Positions 1-11,224 of a stretch of DNA of 64,000 bases are shown piece by piece (the stretch's first letter is position 1; every line of letters starts with the position of its first letter). The notes under the pieces are model-generated. The model was not told the origin of the DNA, made no database searches, and saw nothing but the letters and a program-made list of their open reading frames with translations. The position numbers and the translations under genes were made by a program. Location of the stretch: contig CM000432.1 of the NCBI GenBank assembly GCA_000165345.1, positions 352,001 through 416,000 on the forward strand, read 5' to 3'.

Positions 1-2861
1 TTAAAGTTAATTACAAATGAGATAATTATAAATGCGATAATTTTGTTAACTTGGTGAAGAATTTGTCCAATTCTTTTTGTGATACAATAGTCAATTACTA
101 GTTGGTCATTTGAAAGATGACTAATTATACTGGATACTGGAATTATCTTTATTATTGAATAACTTGTTAGGTACCCATATAAAATTGTATTATGAATATA
201 ATTAGCAGATTTCAATCCAATATAGATCTCTAGAAAAATTGTTACCACAAAGTTTAATAAGATTATTGAGCAATAATGCATGTACTTAGCTAAGTCCTTA
301 AGTATATTTGAAGTTTTCTTCAAGTTATTAATTATCTTGTACTCAATTATCTTAAATGACAACAAAGGAACTGTTGATAATAATAAATAAACAAAGATTA
401 AGGACTTATTTCTCTTAATGCTTGAGGTCTTATTCATTTTTGTATCAAATTTATATCTTATTTTATCATTTGTATGAAATAAATAATAGTTTAAAGAATT
501 TGAGATCAATCCACTATTTCTTATTGATATTAAGCTATCTAAATCCCTCTTTATTCCCATCTTTCTGTTCTCCTTTTTTAAGCTAATTGATGAATTTGTC
601 TCGGGTATTAAATTCTCATTCATATTATTATTATTAATAAAGTATATTATACTCTTCAAAAGTTCCTCATTTTCACATGGATCTTCACTAATTAAATCCT
701 TTATCCCAAGAATGTATTGACTCATAATCTTAGAATCCTCACTAATATCAGTTACTTTTATTGTACATGTTTTGTTATATTCTAATATTGTCTTATATCT
801 ATCTTCAAATATCAAACTTTTACAAGAATTTAAATAAACTGTGAAAAAAAATAAGTTAAGTAAATCTGGACTTATTGAGATTATTCCAAAACTAGAACTC
901 AATATTCCTGAAAGTTTGTCATCTTTATTGAAAAGTGAATAAATCATTCTACAACTTGTCTCTCTATCCAATGAGTCAAAAATATTCTCTATAAAATATA
1001 TTACACTGTAATTTCTTCCTAAAGGACCAGTTGAAACTAATGATGAAGTTGAATAATCCAAGCTTTTTGTATTTTCAGAGCTCCCAATACGATACACTGA
1101 ACTTTGAATTAGCTTACAATAAAGAGACCTAGCAAAGGATATTCTGATTCTTTGACCGGTACTTATTTGCTTGCTATTAATAATATCATTCAAATTAATG
1201 CTTTTATTGAATATATCAGTATCTAACTGGCAAATATTGATAACTAAATTCCATAAATGATAGTCAAAAGGTTGATCACAGATAATCATTTCTTCAAGCT
1301 TAGAATTATCTAGAATCCAAGATTTCTTACTAATATAACAGGATAATTTGGCCAATTCTCTGTTATTATTTAAAGAAACAATGTTCTCTGAATCTTTCAT
1401 TTTACATCTAAGCAGGAATCTTGAGTTATATATATCTTGACCTGTTGAAGTACTTGCAATATCCTTAAAGAAACTTGGGATTTTTTGATTTGGATTATCT
1501 CTTTCATAATCAAAAACTATGTTTAGACATCCTTTATTTAATATTATATTTTCACCAGAACATAAGTCCTGAATCTCAATTTGTTCTACATTATCCATAT
1601 TAGTTTCATCTAGATCATGGAAATCTATATCATTAATACAAGAATGAGGATCAAATTCTGAAAGGACATCTTTAATTCTATTTACAGCATTTATTGCTTC
1701 AGTGATATAGTAGATCATGTAAGCAATTAAAGAAATTGGTTTCACTAGAATTGGTATAATGAAACTAGAATTTGTTAATATAGACAGAACCTCAGATCCT
1801 GTATGTTGATTACAATAACAATAGAAGGAAATTGCCATAAAACAAAGAATTTCCATCCAATGAGATCCAATTTCTCCAACACAAAACCATAATTTTCTAT
1901 ATTTATTGAATTTCATCTCTTTGAGTCTATATTTCTTAACCAAATTCATAAAAAGAGTATCATTAATATGAGTAAGTATAAAGTCATCATTCTGTGAAAT
2001 TGACTTGGTTAAACATGATATTCTTTCTTCTCTAGCTTCCATAAAGTATTTCTTATAGCTACTACTTAACCATTGAGATATTATACTTATTAAACCAGTA
2101 ATTATAAGTATTATAATACAAAGATAAATAGATTTAGCATCAACAAACATATTTGATATTCCAAATAAGAAAAGTAAACTAAATGGGAAAGTGATAAGTT
2201 CCATTCCATAAGATACAATATATTCAGCAAATTCTCCATCAACTGATACAATATTTTGAATCTTGGAGAAATCTTGGGTATCGTCAAATAAAGATTTGCA
2301 ATTTTTCTTATTTAACCTCTTATTCTTCAACATCAAGTTCATTAGAAACAAAGTAAGAGCTCCTCTAACACGTATATGAAGTGTTTCTGTATAGTAATCA
2401 ACATAAATATTAAACAGAATTTCAATAATCTGATTGATAATTAGACTAACTCCTTTTACATATTCTGATCCAATTCCAAAACTTTCTTTGAACTTTTTCA
2501 AAGAGTAAGCAAGAAAAAACATTGTAAGCATTAATGAAATTTTTAAAATAAATAAAATAGTGTAACTGCTTTTGAAAGCAGAGAATATCATCCAAGCAAC
2601 TTTCCAAGTTGAAATTTCAGATTCAGGCCTAACCTGTTTATCATTATGGACATATTCAATATCTTTAGTAATAATACCATGTTGATTTCTTTTAAAGCAT
2701 GATTTGTATTTTTCATCGAGCCTTTTCGAGTCTACCTCCACTTTGTATTGCTTTCCAACATAATTCTTTAGCTTTTCTACATCAAACTCAGCACTTTCCC
2801 ATATCTTCACATTAAGTTTGTTGATTCTAAAGAAAAAAGGATCTCCTAGTAATGTATACAT
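1..2861 (-). CDS. ABC transporter, 3'-truncated at window edge (start ATG about 2861; continues past position 1)
   Basis: Open reading frame on the minus strand across 1-2861 that the track lacks because it has no stop inside the window. An N-terminal hydrophobic TM region is followed by the ABC signature ISTGQRIRISFARSLY (LSGGQ-type) near plus 1150-1100. The first ATG lies in the palindrome ATGTATACAT at about 2852-2861. Confidence 0.6.
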   Translation of the reverse strand, partial: MYTLLGDPFFFRINKLNVKIWESAEFDVEKLKNYVGKQYKVEVDSKRLDEKYKSCFKRNQHGIITKDIEYVHNDKQVRPESEISTWKVAWMIFSAFKSSYTILFILKISLMLTMFFLAYSLKKFKESFGIGSEYVKGVSLIINQIIEILFNIYVDYYTETLHIRVRGALTLFLMNLMLKNKRLNKKNCKSLFDDTQDFSKIQNIVSVDGEFAEYIVSYGMELITFPFSLLFLFGISNMFVDAKSIYLCIIILIITGLISIISQWLSSSYKKYFMEAREERISCLTKSISQNDDFILTHINDTLFMNLVKKYRLKEMKFNKYRKLWFCVGEIGSHWMEILCFMAISFYCYCNQHTGSEVLSILTNSSFIIPILVKPISLIAYMIYYITEAINAVNRIKDVLSEFDPHSCINDIDFHDLDETNMDNVEQIEIQDLCSGENIILNKGCLNIVFDYERDNPNQKIPSFFKDIASTSTGQDIYNSRFLLRCKMKDSENIVSLNNNRELAKLSCYISKKSWILDNSKLEEMIICDQPFDYHLWNLVINICQLDTDIFNKSINLNDIINSKQISTGQRIRISFARSLYCKLIQSSVYRIGSSENTKSLDYSTSSLVSTGPLGRNYSVIYFIENIFDSLDRETSCRMIYSLFNKDDKLSGILSSSFGIISISPDLLNLFFFTVYLNSCKSLIFEDRYKTILEYNKTCTIKVTDISEDSKIMSQYILGIKDLISEDPCENEELLKSIIYFINNNNMNENLIPETNSSISLKKENRKMGIKRDLDSLISIRNSGLISNSLNYYLFHTNDKIRYKFDTKMNKTSSIKRNKSLIFVYLLLSTVPLLSFKIIEYKIINNLKKTSNILKDLAKYMHYCSIILLNFVVTIFLEIYIGLKSANYIHNTILYGYLTSYSIIKIIPVSSIISHLSNDQLVIDYCITKRIGQILHQVNKIIAFIIISFVINF

Positions 2862-2932
2862 TTCAATAGTTTTGTAACTTTGCTCTATTACTTTGAGTTT
2901 ATTTTATATTTCTAGTACATATTCCGATACAG

Positions 2933-3024
2933 TCAATATATCTATATATATATCTATATCTATTTATATCTATATATATATATATATATATAGATATATA
3001 TATATATATATATTTAATATATAT
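2933..3024. repeat. Compound microsatellite (TATC/TA)n
   Basis: Direct reading: tatctatatatatatctatatctattt...(ta)n. Confidence 0.9.
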
Positions 3025-3707
3025 GATCCTTTTCAAACTAGTTTTTGTTCATAATTCACTCTGATAGTAGTAATTATTAGTATTATTATTAAAATGTAAT
3101 TGTCTGTCAGTTCTCGTATATTAAATTGTTACAAACAATAACACAAGTAATAAGACTGATAGTATTTGTACTTAATTGCAATGATGACTCTAATATAATA
3201 TAAATAAATTTAATTAATTAATTTCTTTAAATTCTCTTTAAATACGACGAGTGCAATTTTAAAGATACGTATATTAATCTTTTAAGTTCCTTTTTATCCT
3301 CTCCAAAGAGTAATTTTTGCAAAAAAAAGCAAAGAAATTAAAAAATGTAAAAAGAGCTAATTTTTTTCGTTTTAAAGGAAAGGATTTGTTTTAATGATAA
3401 CAAGTTTTTGAGAAAGAAAATTCTAAAGAATAGAAGCTAAATCTAATTTATAACAATCCACATTAAAATTAATTAATTAAAAACCCCATCTTTTATTTAA
3501 AACTAACCCTAATCTATATAAATTAGACAATTAAGTAGCTTTACCTTTATTTCTATTACTATTTATTTTTTTTAATATTTATTTCCCCACAACTTAATTG
3601 TCCATTAAATTCAAATTGCAGTACCGGCATTCCCGCCATTTCCCGCCAAGTCAAATAATATTATAAGAGACGAGTATTTCAAGGCAAAAAAAAATTATTA
3701 AAAAAAA

Positions 3708-3733
3708 CTGTTGGGGGTATTGGCGCCAAAAAC
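3708..3733. promoter_or_regulatory. G-box plus E2F-like element CTGTTGGGGGTATTGGCGCCAAAAA
   Basis: A GC-rich island in AT-rich intergenic DNA between the divergent ABC transporter and pyrophosphatase genes. Nearby at 3621-3650 is GTACCGGCATTCCCGCCATTTCCCGCCAAG, which holds two tandem TTCCCGCC E2F cores. Confidence 0.5.
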
Positions 3734-4271
3734 AGATTTATTTATTAAACAAAACGTAGTGAATGAAATTAAAAAAGTTGAATATTTTAGACTGGAAATA
3801 TATATCTATATATATATATATATATTAATTTAAAATGATTAATTAGAATAATCAAAAAAGAGGGGGAAAAATAAAGCATTTAAGGAAATAAATTCAAAGT
3901 TGGAGGGTGAATTTGTAAATAGCGGGTAATGGATTACTATTAATATTGACATTAGACTAAATGATAACGAATCAAATTAGAGAGAAAGCAAAGGAAAAAA
4001 AAATAATAGTCAAGAAAATATTAGTATTAATAAATTAAAATAGAATTTTGGTTTAGACCTTTAAATTGGTTTGTATCATCTTTCTGAATCCCCCCCTAAG
4101 CTAAGAAAGAAGGCTAGGTTTAGGAATAATAAAGGATTGATTAAAAGATTAAATTGTGAATAAAAATCTTGAATTGAATCCTTTTTTTATATTCGATTTG
4201 GTATTTTACAAGGTACTAGATCAGAAATATAATTGAAATTTTTTAAGAAAAGTACAAATCTTCAAGTAAGA

Positions 4272-5423
4272 ATGAGTACTGAATACAGAGTGGGTTTTGC
4301 CTCGAAAGAGGATATTATAGAAAAAAGTACTTATGGAGAATGTGAGGATAGGACAAAAAGCTTGAGCTTCAGTAGTGATGTGAATAGTATTACTTATGAT
4401 GAAGCATCTTCATCAAGTGAGGAATATCCAGAATATAGTTTATTACGCACTCAAAGTTCTTTAGCTCCACCAATTGAGGCTTCTGCAATAGTAGATGTAG
4501 AAGAAGCATGGAAAGCCTTATCTAAAGAATTAGAAGAAAGTCATTCTAAACCAACAATTCGTACTCTTGGGACAGTTTTTGTAACAAGAGAAGAGGTTGG
4601 AACAAAAGATTCAATTGAATATAGATTATTTTATAAGAATGAAGATGGCTATAAGATTTCTCCATGGCATGATGTACCATTATGGTTTTCAGAAACACCT
4701 CTTTTATATAATATGATAATTGAGATTCCAAAATTAACAAATAAAAAATTTGAGATAAATACAAAAGAGGAATATACACCATTATATCAGGATCGAAAGC
4801 TGGAAAGACTTAGAACCTATCCAGGTCCAATTCCTTGGAACTATGGTGCTTTTCCACAAACATGGGAAGATCCAAATAAGAAGGGAGATGAGAATGTTGA
4901 TTTTAGTCATGGTGATAACGATCCACTGGACGCTGTTGAAATTGGAGTTGGACCTCTTCCACGTGGAACAATTATACAGGTAAAAATTTTGGGTTGCCTT
5001 GCTTTAATTGATGATGATGAATTGGATTGGAAAGTTGTATGTATTCGTGTTTGTGACCCACATGCATCACAGCTAAATGATATTACTGATGTTGAGAAAT
5101 ATTTCCCTGGTACTATAGATAGAATTAGGAGATGGTTTGGGCTTTATAAAGCAGTTGAGAATAAAGATGTTGCAAAGGTTAATATGTATGGACATTTTGG
5201 AGAGCCTCAATCAGCAGAGTTTGCTCATTCAGTAATTTTAGAAACTCATCATTCGTACTTACGTCTTATTAGAGGAGAGGCAATGAATTCATCATCATTA
5301 TGGATACCAAAAAGTCTTTCGAATAATGGAGAAACAGAATTGTGTCATACAGTATGTTCCACAAATAGCACTGCTACAGTATCTAGCAATGATATTGGAG
5401 GGCTTTCTGTAAATGATGATTAA
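4272..5423 (+). CDS. Soluble inorganic pyrophosphatase (family I) with N-terminal extension
   Basis: The track ORF 4233-5423 starts at a TTG; the first ATG is at 4272. The core motifs of a eukaryotic PPase are present: ...YNMIIEIPKLTNKKFEI...DNDPLDAVEIG... Confidence 0.9.
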   Translation: MSTEYRVGFASKEDIIEKSTYGECEDRTKSLSFSSDVNSITYDEASSSSEEYPEYSLLRTQSSLAPPIEASAIVDVEEAWKALSKELEESHSKPTIRTLGTVFVTREEVGTKDSIEYRLFYKNEDGYKISPWHDVPLWFSETPLLYNMIIEIPKLTNKKFEINTKEEYTPLYQDRKLERLRTYPGPIPWNYGAFPQTWEDPNKKGDENVDFSHGDNDPLDAVEIGVGPLPRGTIIQVKILGCLALIDDDELDWKVVCIRVCDPHASQLNDITDVEKYFPGTIDRIRRWFGLYKAVENKDVAKVNMYGHFGEPQSAEFAHSVILETHHSYLRLIRGEAMNSSSLWIPKSLSNNGETELCHTVCSTNSTATVSSNDIGGLSVNDD

Positions 5424-6019
5424 ATGATAACATTATATTTATCACAATTTTTAAAGTTCAAAATTCACTATAATATGACACTTCTTTCTTTATTTTCATA
5501 CGAATATTGTATTGAGCTGTATTTAATTATCATTTTAACCTTAATATTACTATTCAATAAGAACTACTTACTAATATTATAAATTCACTAAATTTACGTT
5601 CATTCTTATATTTAGATTGTCAAGATTTATGAAATATCAGGACGATTATCCATATACTTTAACTTTTTTTAATAGATTTTTATCATTTTATTGTTATATA
5701 TACTTAGATTACTTATTCAATATCCAATTGTTTACGCTGCCGACAAATTAAACTTCATTTAGCAATAAAAGGAAATATATTTATATAATTATTTGGCGCT
5801 AATTACACGTAAATTATTTCTTGTTAGAGTAAATGAGAAAGAAAATTAACAAAGAGAAGAATGTTGATCATTGAATGAAAAAAAAATTTTGTAGAAATTG
5901 AATAGTTTGTGTATATTAGTTTTGACAAAACTAAATGATGATTTTTTTTCCTTTTTTTAAATTTAGTAATAAACACTATTTAAAAATTGTTCGTGAATTT
6001 TTAATTTACATGCATAAAA

Positions 6020-6044
6020 CTGTGGGGAATTGGCGGGAATTTTG
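6020..6044. promoter_or_regulatory. G-box plus E2F-like element CTGTGGGGAATTGGCGGGAATTTT
   Basis: Same architecture as 3708-3733, about 90 bp upstream of the 6133 gene start. TTGGCGGGAA is a classic E2F core. Confidence 0.5.
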
Positions 6045-6132
6045 AATGAAGGATAGGGATCGGATATATTTAATTAATTGCTGTAATAGAATTTTCATTG
6101 TTTTTTAATTATTCTTTTTTCTTTATTTAACA

Positions 6133-6837
6133 ATGAATAAGGTATCAGATTATAGTACAAAAGAAGAATCTCAGGACTTAACAAAAGTGAAGAAGGAAAA
6201 ATCAACTAAATCGGGTATATTAAAGCATGTTTTATTAGGATCTATAATTGCGGTAATCTTTGGATGTGTATCTAAATATTACTTTTTTGATAAGATAGTT
6301 TTAACAGAAGAGAATTTACCAAATATATCATCAATTAACCAAAATGAAGTGAATATTGGAAATAAAGAAAAAACCTTAACAAAAGGAACTTTTGGAGAAG
6401 AAGAATATATGGAGTTGCTTCAAGATGATAAAACTATTACTTTAGAACAGATTACACAAGATGATTCTTTAGAAGATAATGATGAATTAATGTTTAATCA
6501 TGAAGATGAAGCTTTATATGATCAAATAGAGGACGATTATCGTGATGATGAAGCTGAAGATGAGAGCGAAGATGGAGAAAATGAGTCGCAAATAGATTCT
6601 GAAACTTTAAAAAGAATGTTAAAAGAAGATGTACAATTGGAACTAGATGAAGGTTTTGCTGCAAAAGATTTTGAAAATGAAGAGAGTATTGATGTTATTG
6701 ATGATGCAGAAATTGATGAGTATGAACATGAAACTGATGATGACATAACTGACAACAACTGGTCAGATGATGAAACTGAACTAAAAAAAATGGAGAATCA
6801 AAAAGAACAAGAACAGAAACAAGAAAAACAACAATAA
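6133..6837 (+). CDS. Hypothetical single-TM protein with highly acidic C-terminal region
   Basis: ORF of 234 aa with one hydrophobic segment (LLGSIIAVIFGCV) and a D/E-rich tail. No family recognised. Confidence 0.55.
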   Translation: MNKVSDYSTKEESQDLTKVKKEKSTKSGILKHVLLGSIIAVIFGCVSKYYFFDKIVLTEENLPNISSINQNEVNIGNKEKTLTKGTFGEEEYMELLQDDKTITLEQITQDDSLEDNDELMFNHEDEALYDQIEDDYRDDEAEDESEDGENESQIDSETLKRMLKEDVQLELDEGFAAKDFENEESIDVIDDAEIDEYEHETDDDITDNNWSDDETELKKMENQKEQEQKQEKQQ

Positions 6838-7026
6838 GCTCAACATTATTCACTTCAACATAAGTAGAATTAATATAATTTATTTTATTAGACTAAATTT
6901 ATGACCACTTTTCTTATTTCTTTCTTTTTTCTGCTAATTCTCTAAATTTCTATACCGGTATTAACATAATAAATGCATGTTTTGCCGCCATACGTGTCAA
7001 AGAAAAAAAGTAAATCAATGGAATAT

Positions 7027-8340
<1,314 letters not shown>

Positions 8341-8584
8341 TTTTTCTTTTTATTTTTCCTTATAAATAATCTTTTAAATTAACAATAGGTTTGTAAATTA
8401 GTCAAATTTAAGATTAATTCAATTCTTTATAATATATTATACTCGGAAATAATAACATTATACAGATTATTCTTGGAGATAAAAATATACTCTAAAATTA
8501 TATTTACTTTGGTTCATTTGTTAATATAATTTTCTACTTTCAAGATTGAGATTTGAATCTTGTTTAACTCAATAAAATTCAATA

Positions 8585-8708
<124 letters not shown>

Positions 8709-8872
8709 CTAAGAAGAATTTAAAATTTAATCCTTTTCACAAATTTATTCAAAATTCTTTATTTTATTTCGAGGTTAATTTTATTAACTAGAAAAAAATT
8801 ATTTATAATATATTACCTTTAATCATTTTATTTAATTTTATTAATTAATATAATTTTATTATTTAATTAATT

Positions 8873-8897
8873 CGGTACCATTTTTGGCGCCAAAACG
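8873..8897. promoter_or_regulatory. Composite CGGTACC plus perfect E2F palindrome TTTTTGGCGCCAAAACG
   Basis: About 70 bp upstream of the TAP42-like start, in the divergent promoter shared with the methyltransferase. A near-identical composite occurs at 25017-25038. Confidence 0.6.
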
Positions 8898-8965
8898 AAT
8901 AATTATGATCACAAAATTAAATTTTTGAAAAAATAAAAAAGAAGAAATATAATGAAATTAATATA

Positions 8966-10105
8966 ATGGACTTCCATCAAATATCTGAGAAGTTTTTAAA
9001 CTTATTGAAAAGATATTATAAAGAAATTTATGACGATTTTTCAGAGTCAGATTTGGATGAGATAATTAAATTGAGGGATGAAATTTTAGATTTTGGGAAT
9101 GAAATAGATTTTTCCAATATAATTTCAAAGAATGAAGAAGTTGAAGATTTGAATACAAATGACATAAAATATTTATTATATTCATATATAAAAGCAGAAA
9201 CAACAAGGTATGTAAGAGATCATAATGTACCAAAAGAACGTGTAGAAAGAAGAAATGATTTAAATGAAATAATGGAATTATATTTACAATTTTTTAATAA
9301 TACCCTTGAAATTAGAAATACAATTTTTAAAGATACCTTGGATTTGGTTGACAATTCCCAAATTAAAAATTTATTTATTGAAGAAAGTGAGAAAAAAATA
9401 ATAAAAGACACCAGGCAAATAAAGATTATGAGATTTAAAAAAATTAAAGAATTAAAATCCTCATTATCGTTATTTTTTAAATCTGGATTTAATTTAACAG
9501 ATGAAAGTGAAAATAGAGATATGATTTTGAAAGCAATTAACTTATTCTTTTTAGAATCTATTGAACAAGTTTCTATGATAAACAACGAAATTAATATATT
9601 AAATTATGCAATTAAAGAAGAATTTACAAAGACTTCTGAAAATGGAGACAAAAGATATGGAGATAATAACATTAATAATATAAATAACAAGATACAAAAA
9701 AATTGTCCTCCATTAAATATAAAACATATTGCACCAAATATTCGCTATTTAACATCCAAAGAAAATACTAGCAATACAGGATTTACATTTAAAGATATTA
9801 ATAATGGAACAGCTGGAGTTGTAATAAATGATAGAGAAAACTTCTATTCAAAAGTGTTTGGGCCAAGCCATACTCTTCCTACAATTTCTATAGCAGAAGC
9901 TGCTGATATGGAACTTAAAGAAGCTTTGGAACAAGAAAAATCTTCCAATATTGCTAGAAAGAATAAAGAAGAGAGGGATCAGATTTTACATGATAAAGAA
10001 TATAGTAAAGAAGAAGAAGAAGATGAACTTAAAGCCAGATCATGGGATGACTGGAAAGATCTAAATCCAAAAGGTCATGGAAATACTATTAGAAATCGTG
10101 GCTAA
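8966..10105 (+). CDS. TAP42/alpha4 (IGBP1)-like PP2A regulatory subunit
   Basis: The C-terminal motif ...RSWDDWKDLNPKGHGNTIRNRG resembles the conserved TAP42/alpha4 C-terminus (..EWDDWKD.NPRG.GN). Overall length and charge fit the family. Confidence 0.7.
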   Translation: MDFHQISEKFLNLLKRYYKEIYDDFSESDLDEIIKLRDEILDFGNEIDFSNIISKNEEVEDLNTNDIKYLLYSYIKAETTRYVRDHNVPKERVERRNDLNEIMELYLQFFNNTLEIRNTIFKDTLDLVDNSQIKNLFIEESEKKIIKDTRQIKIMRFKKIKELKSSLSLFFKSGFNLTDESENRDMILKAINLFFLESIEQVSMINNEINILNYAIKEEFTKTSENGDKRYGDNNINNINNKIQKNCPPLNIKHIAPNIRYLTSKENTSNTGFTFKDINNGTAGVVINDRENFYSKVFGPSHTLPTISIAEAADMELKEALEQEKSSNIARKNKEERDQILHDKEYSKEEEEDELKARSWDDWKDLNPKGHGNTIRNRG

Positions 10106-10366
10106 GCAAATTCTTTTTTATAGTTTAGGCGGGAAATTCATTTAAACTAATATTAATGATTATTACTAATTATTATTAACGTTCTATTATTATTTATTAT
10201 AAACAAAACCTAAATAAGTTTTATTTGTACAAAATATTTGTGTCATCAGTTAATGTGTAGAATTTTCAAGTCTTTATGTGTGTTAAACACTATCTTAATG
10301 CACAACTTTTATTGATAATGATTAACTTGAGGCTTTGAATATATTGTTTAATATTAAGAGTGAATA

Positions 10367-11224
10367 ATGAATAAAAGAGATTATTCAGAAATTGAAAATA
10401 GCTTTGAAGGAAAAGAATTTCAAGAAAAAGAATCAGAAAATAAATCAAGTATTATAGTTGAAACTATTCTAAATTCCAAGGAAGGTTTAAATCCTACCAT
10501 TTCTCAAGTAAACTTAGTCTTAGATTCGGAATTAAAATCTAAGTCTAATTTGACAAATGAAAACAATAATACGTTGGAATTGGGATATGAATCTGAACCT
10601 GAACCTGAAAATGATAATGATAATGAAACTGAAGATGATGAGGATGGATATGAGCCATATATCAAATATTTGCAAGCTTTAAGCTTGTCTTGGAGTAGTT
10701 GTCAGGCTTCATCAATGCTTACTAAAGACTTGGTTGAATACATGGTGCCAAGATTTCAAGACTGTAGTACTCCTATTAAAGTGAGAATTATTATGAGTAT
10801 ATTATATATTAGTGATTCTCTTCGTGAATCATGTAAACAAGAATTTATGAATATTTTAAATTTTGGAGAATTAGATAGAGATGATTGGGTAAGAAAATTA
10901 TCTAGATTAATGATACCATATGTACAAAAAGGAGTTTTAGATTTGGGAGAAACTGATACAGAAACTGCCTTCAAAATTTTACGATATCTTGATGAATTAA
11001 GAATGAGAGAAAACATTGATTTCAGGTTAAAGCCTCCATTAGAATCTATTCATATGTGTGATCCTCTAACTGATGAATCTATAAATAATGAGCTTCCTTG
11101 TTATAATGTTGATTATGACAATTTTGCTCCTCAGAAAGATTTTGAATTATTGCTTGCTGAAGTTGAAAAAGATGGCTTACATAAAATGAGGATTGCTAGC
11201 AATTCATTTACCAATAATAAATGA
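10367..11224 (+). CDS. Hypothetical protein (acidic N-terminus and helical C-domain)
   Basis: ORF of 285 aa. No confident family assignment. Confidence 0.55.
   Translation: MNKRDYSEIENSFEGKEFQEKESENKSSIIVETILNSKEGLNPTISQVNLVLDSELKSKSNLTNENNNTLELGYESEPEPENDNDNETEDDEDGYEPYIKYLQALSLSWSSCQASSMLTKDLVEYMVPRFQDCSTPIKVRIIMSILYISDSLRESCKQEFMNILNFGELDRDDWVRKLSRLMIPYVQKGVLDLGETDTETAFKILRYLDELRMRENIDFRLKPPLESIHMCDPLTDESINNELPCYNVDYDNFAPQKDFELLLAEVEKDGLHKMRIASNSFTNNK

Noticed and set aside
2933-3024. Possible CRISPR-like or minisatellite arrays at the TA-rich repeats (2933-3024, 8585-8708, 26655-26690, 37339-37406, 43580-43605, 45350-45400).
   Set aside because: They are simple di- or tetranucleotide microsatellites with no repeat-spacer structure, and the context is eukaryotic.
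4546-4782. Short antisense or embedded track ORFs inside larger genes. These are 4546-4782, 6537-6758, 6973-7215, 9220-9585, 10756-11016, 13688-13870, 14121-14309, 16857-17051, 20214-20420, 22000-22221, 22128-22373, 40518-40721, 41162-41365, 42342-42524, 45583-45786, 45918-46160, 46107-46310, 46558-46809, 47200-47400, 48597-49600, 50148-50363, 50436-50684, 51621-51818, 53743-54196, 55200-55418, 55910-56167, 57567-57893, 57670-58035, 59040-59228 and 61555-61740.
   Set aside because: Each is fully nested in or antisense to a long conserved ORF and is low-complexity (L/F/I/S-rich). This is typical of AT-rich or repeat-driven spurious frames.
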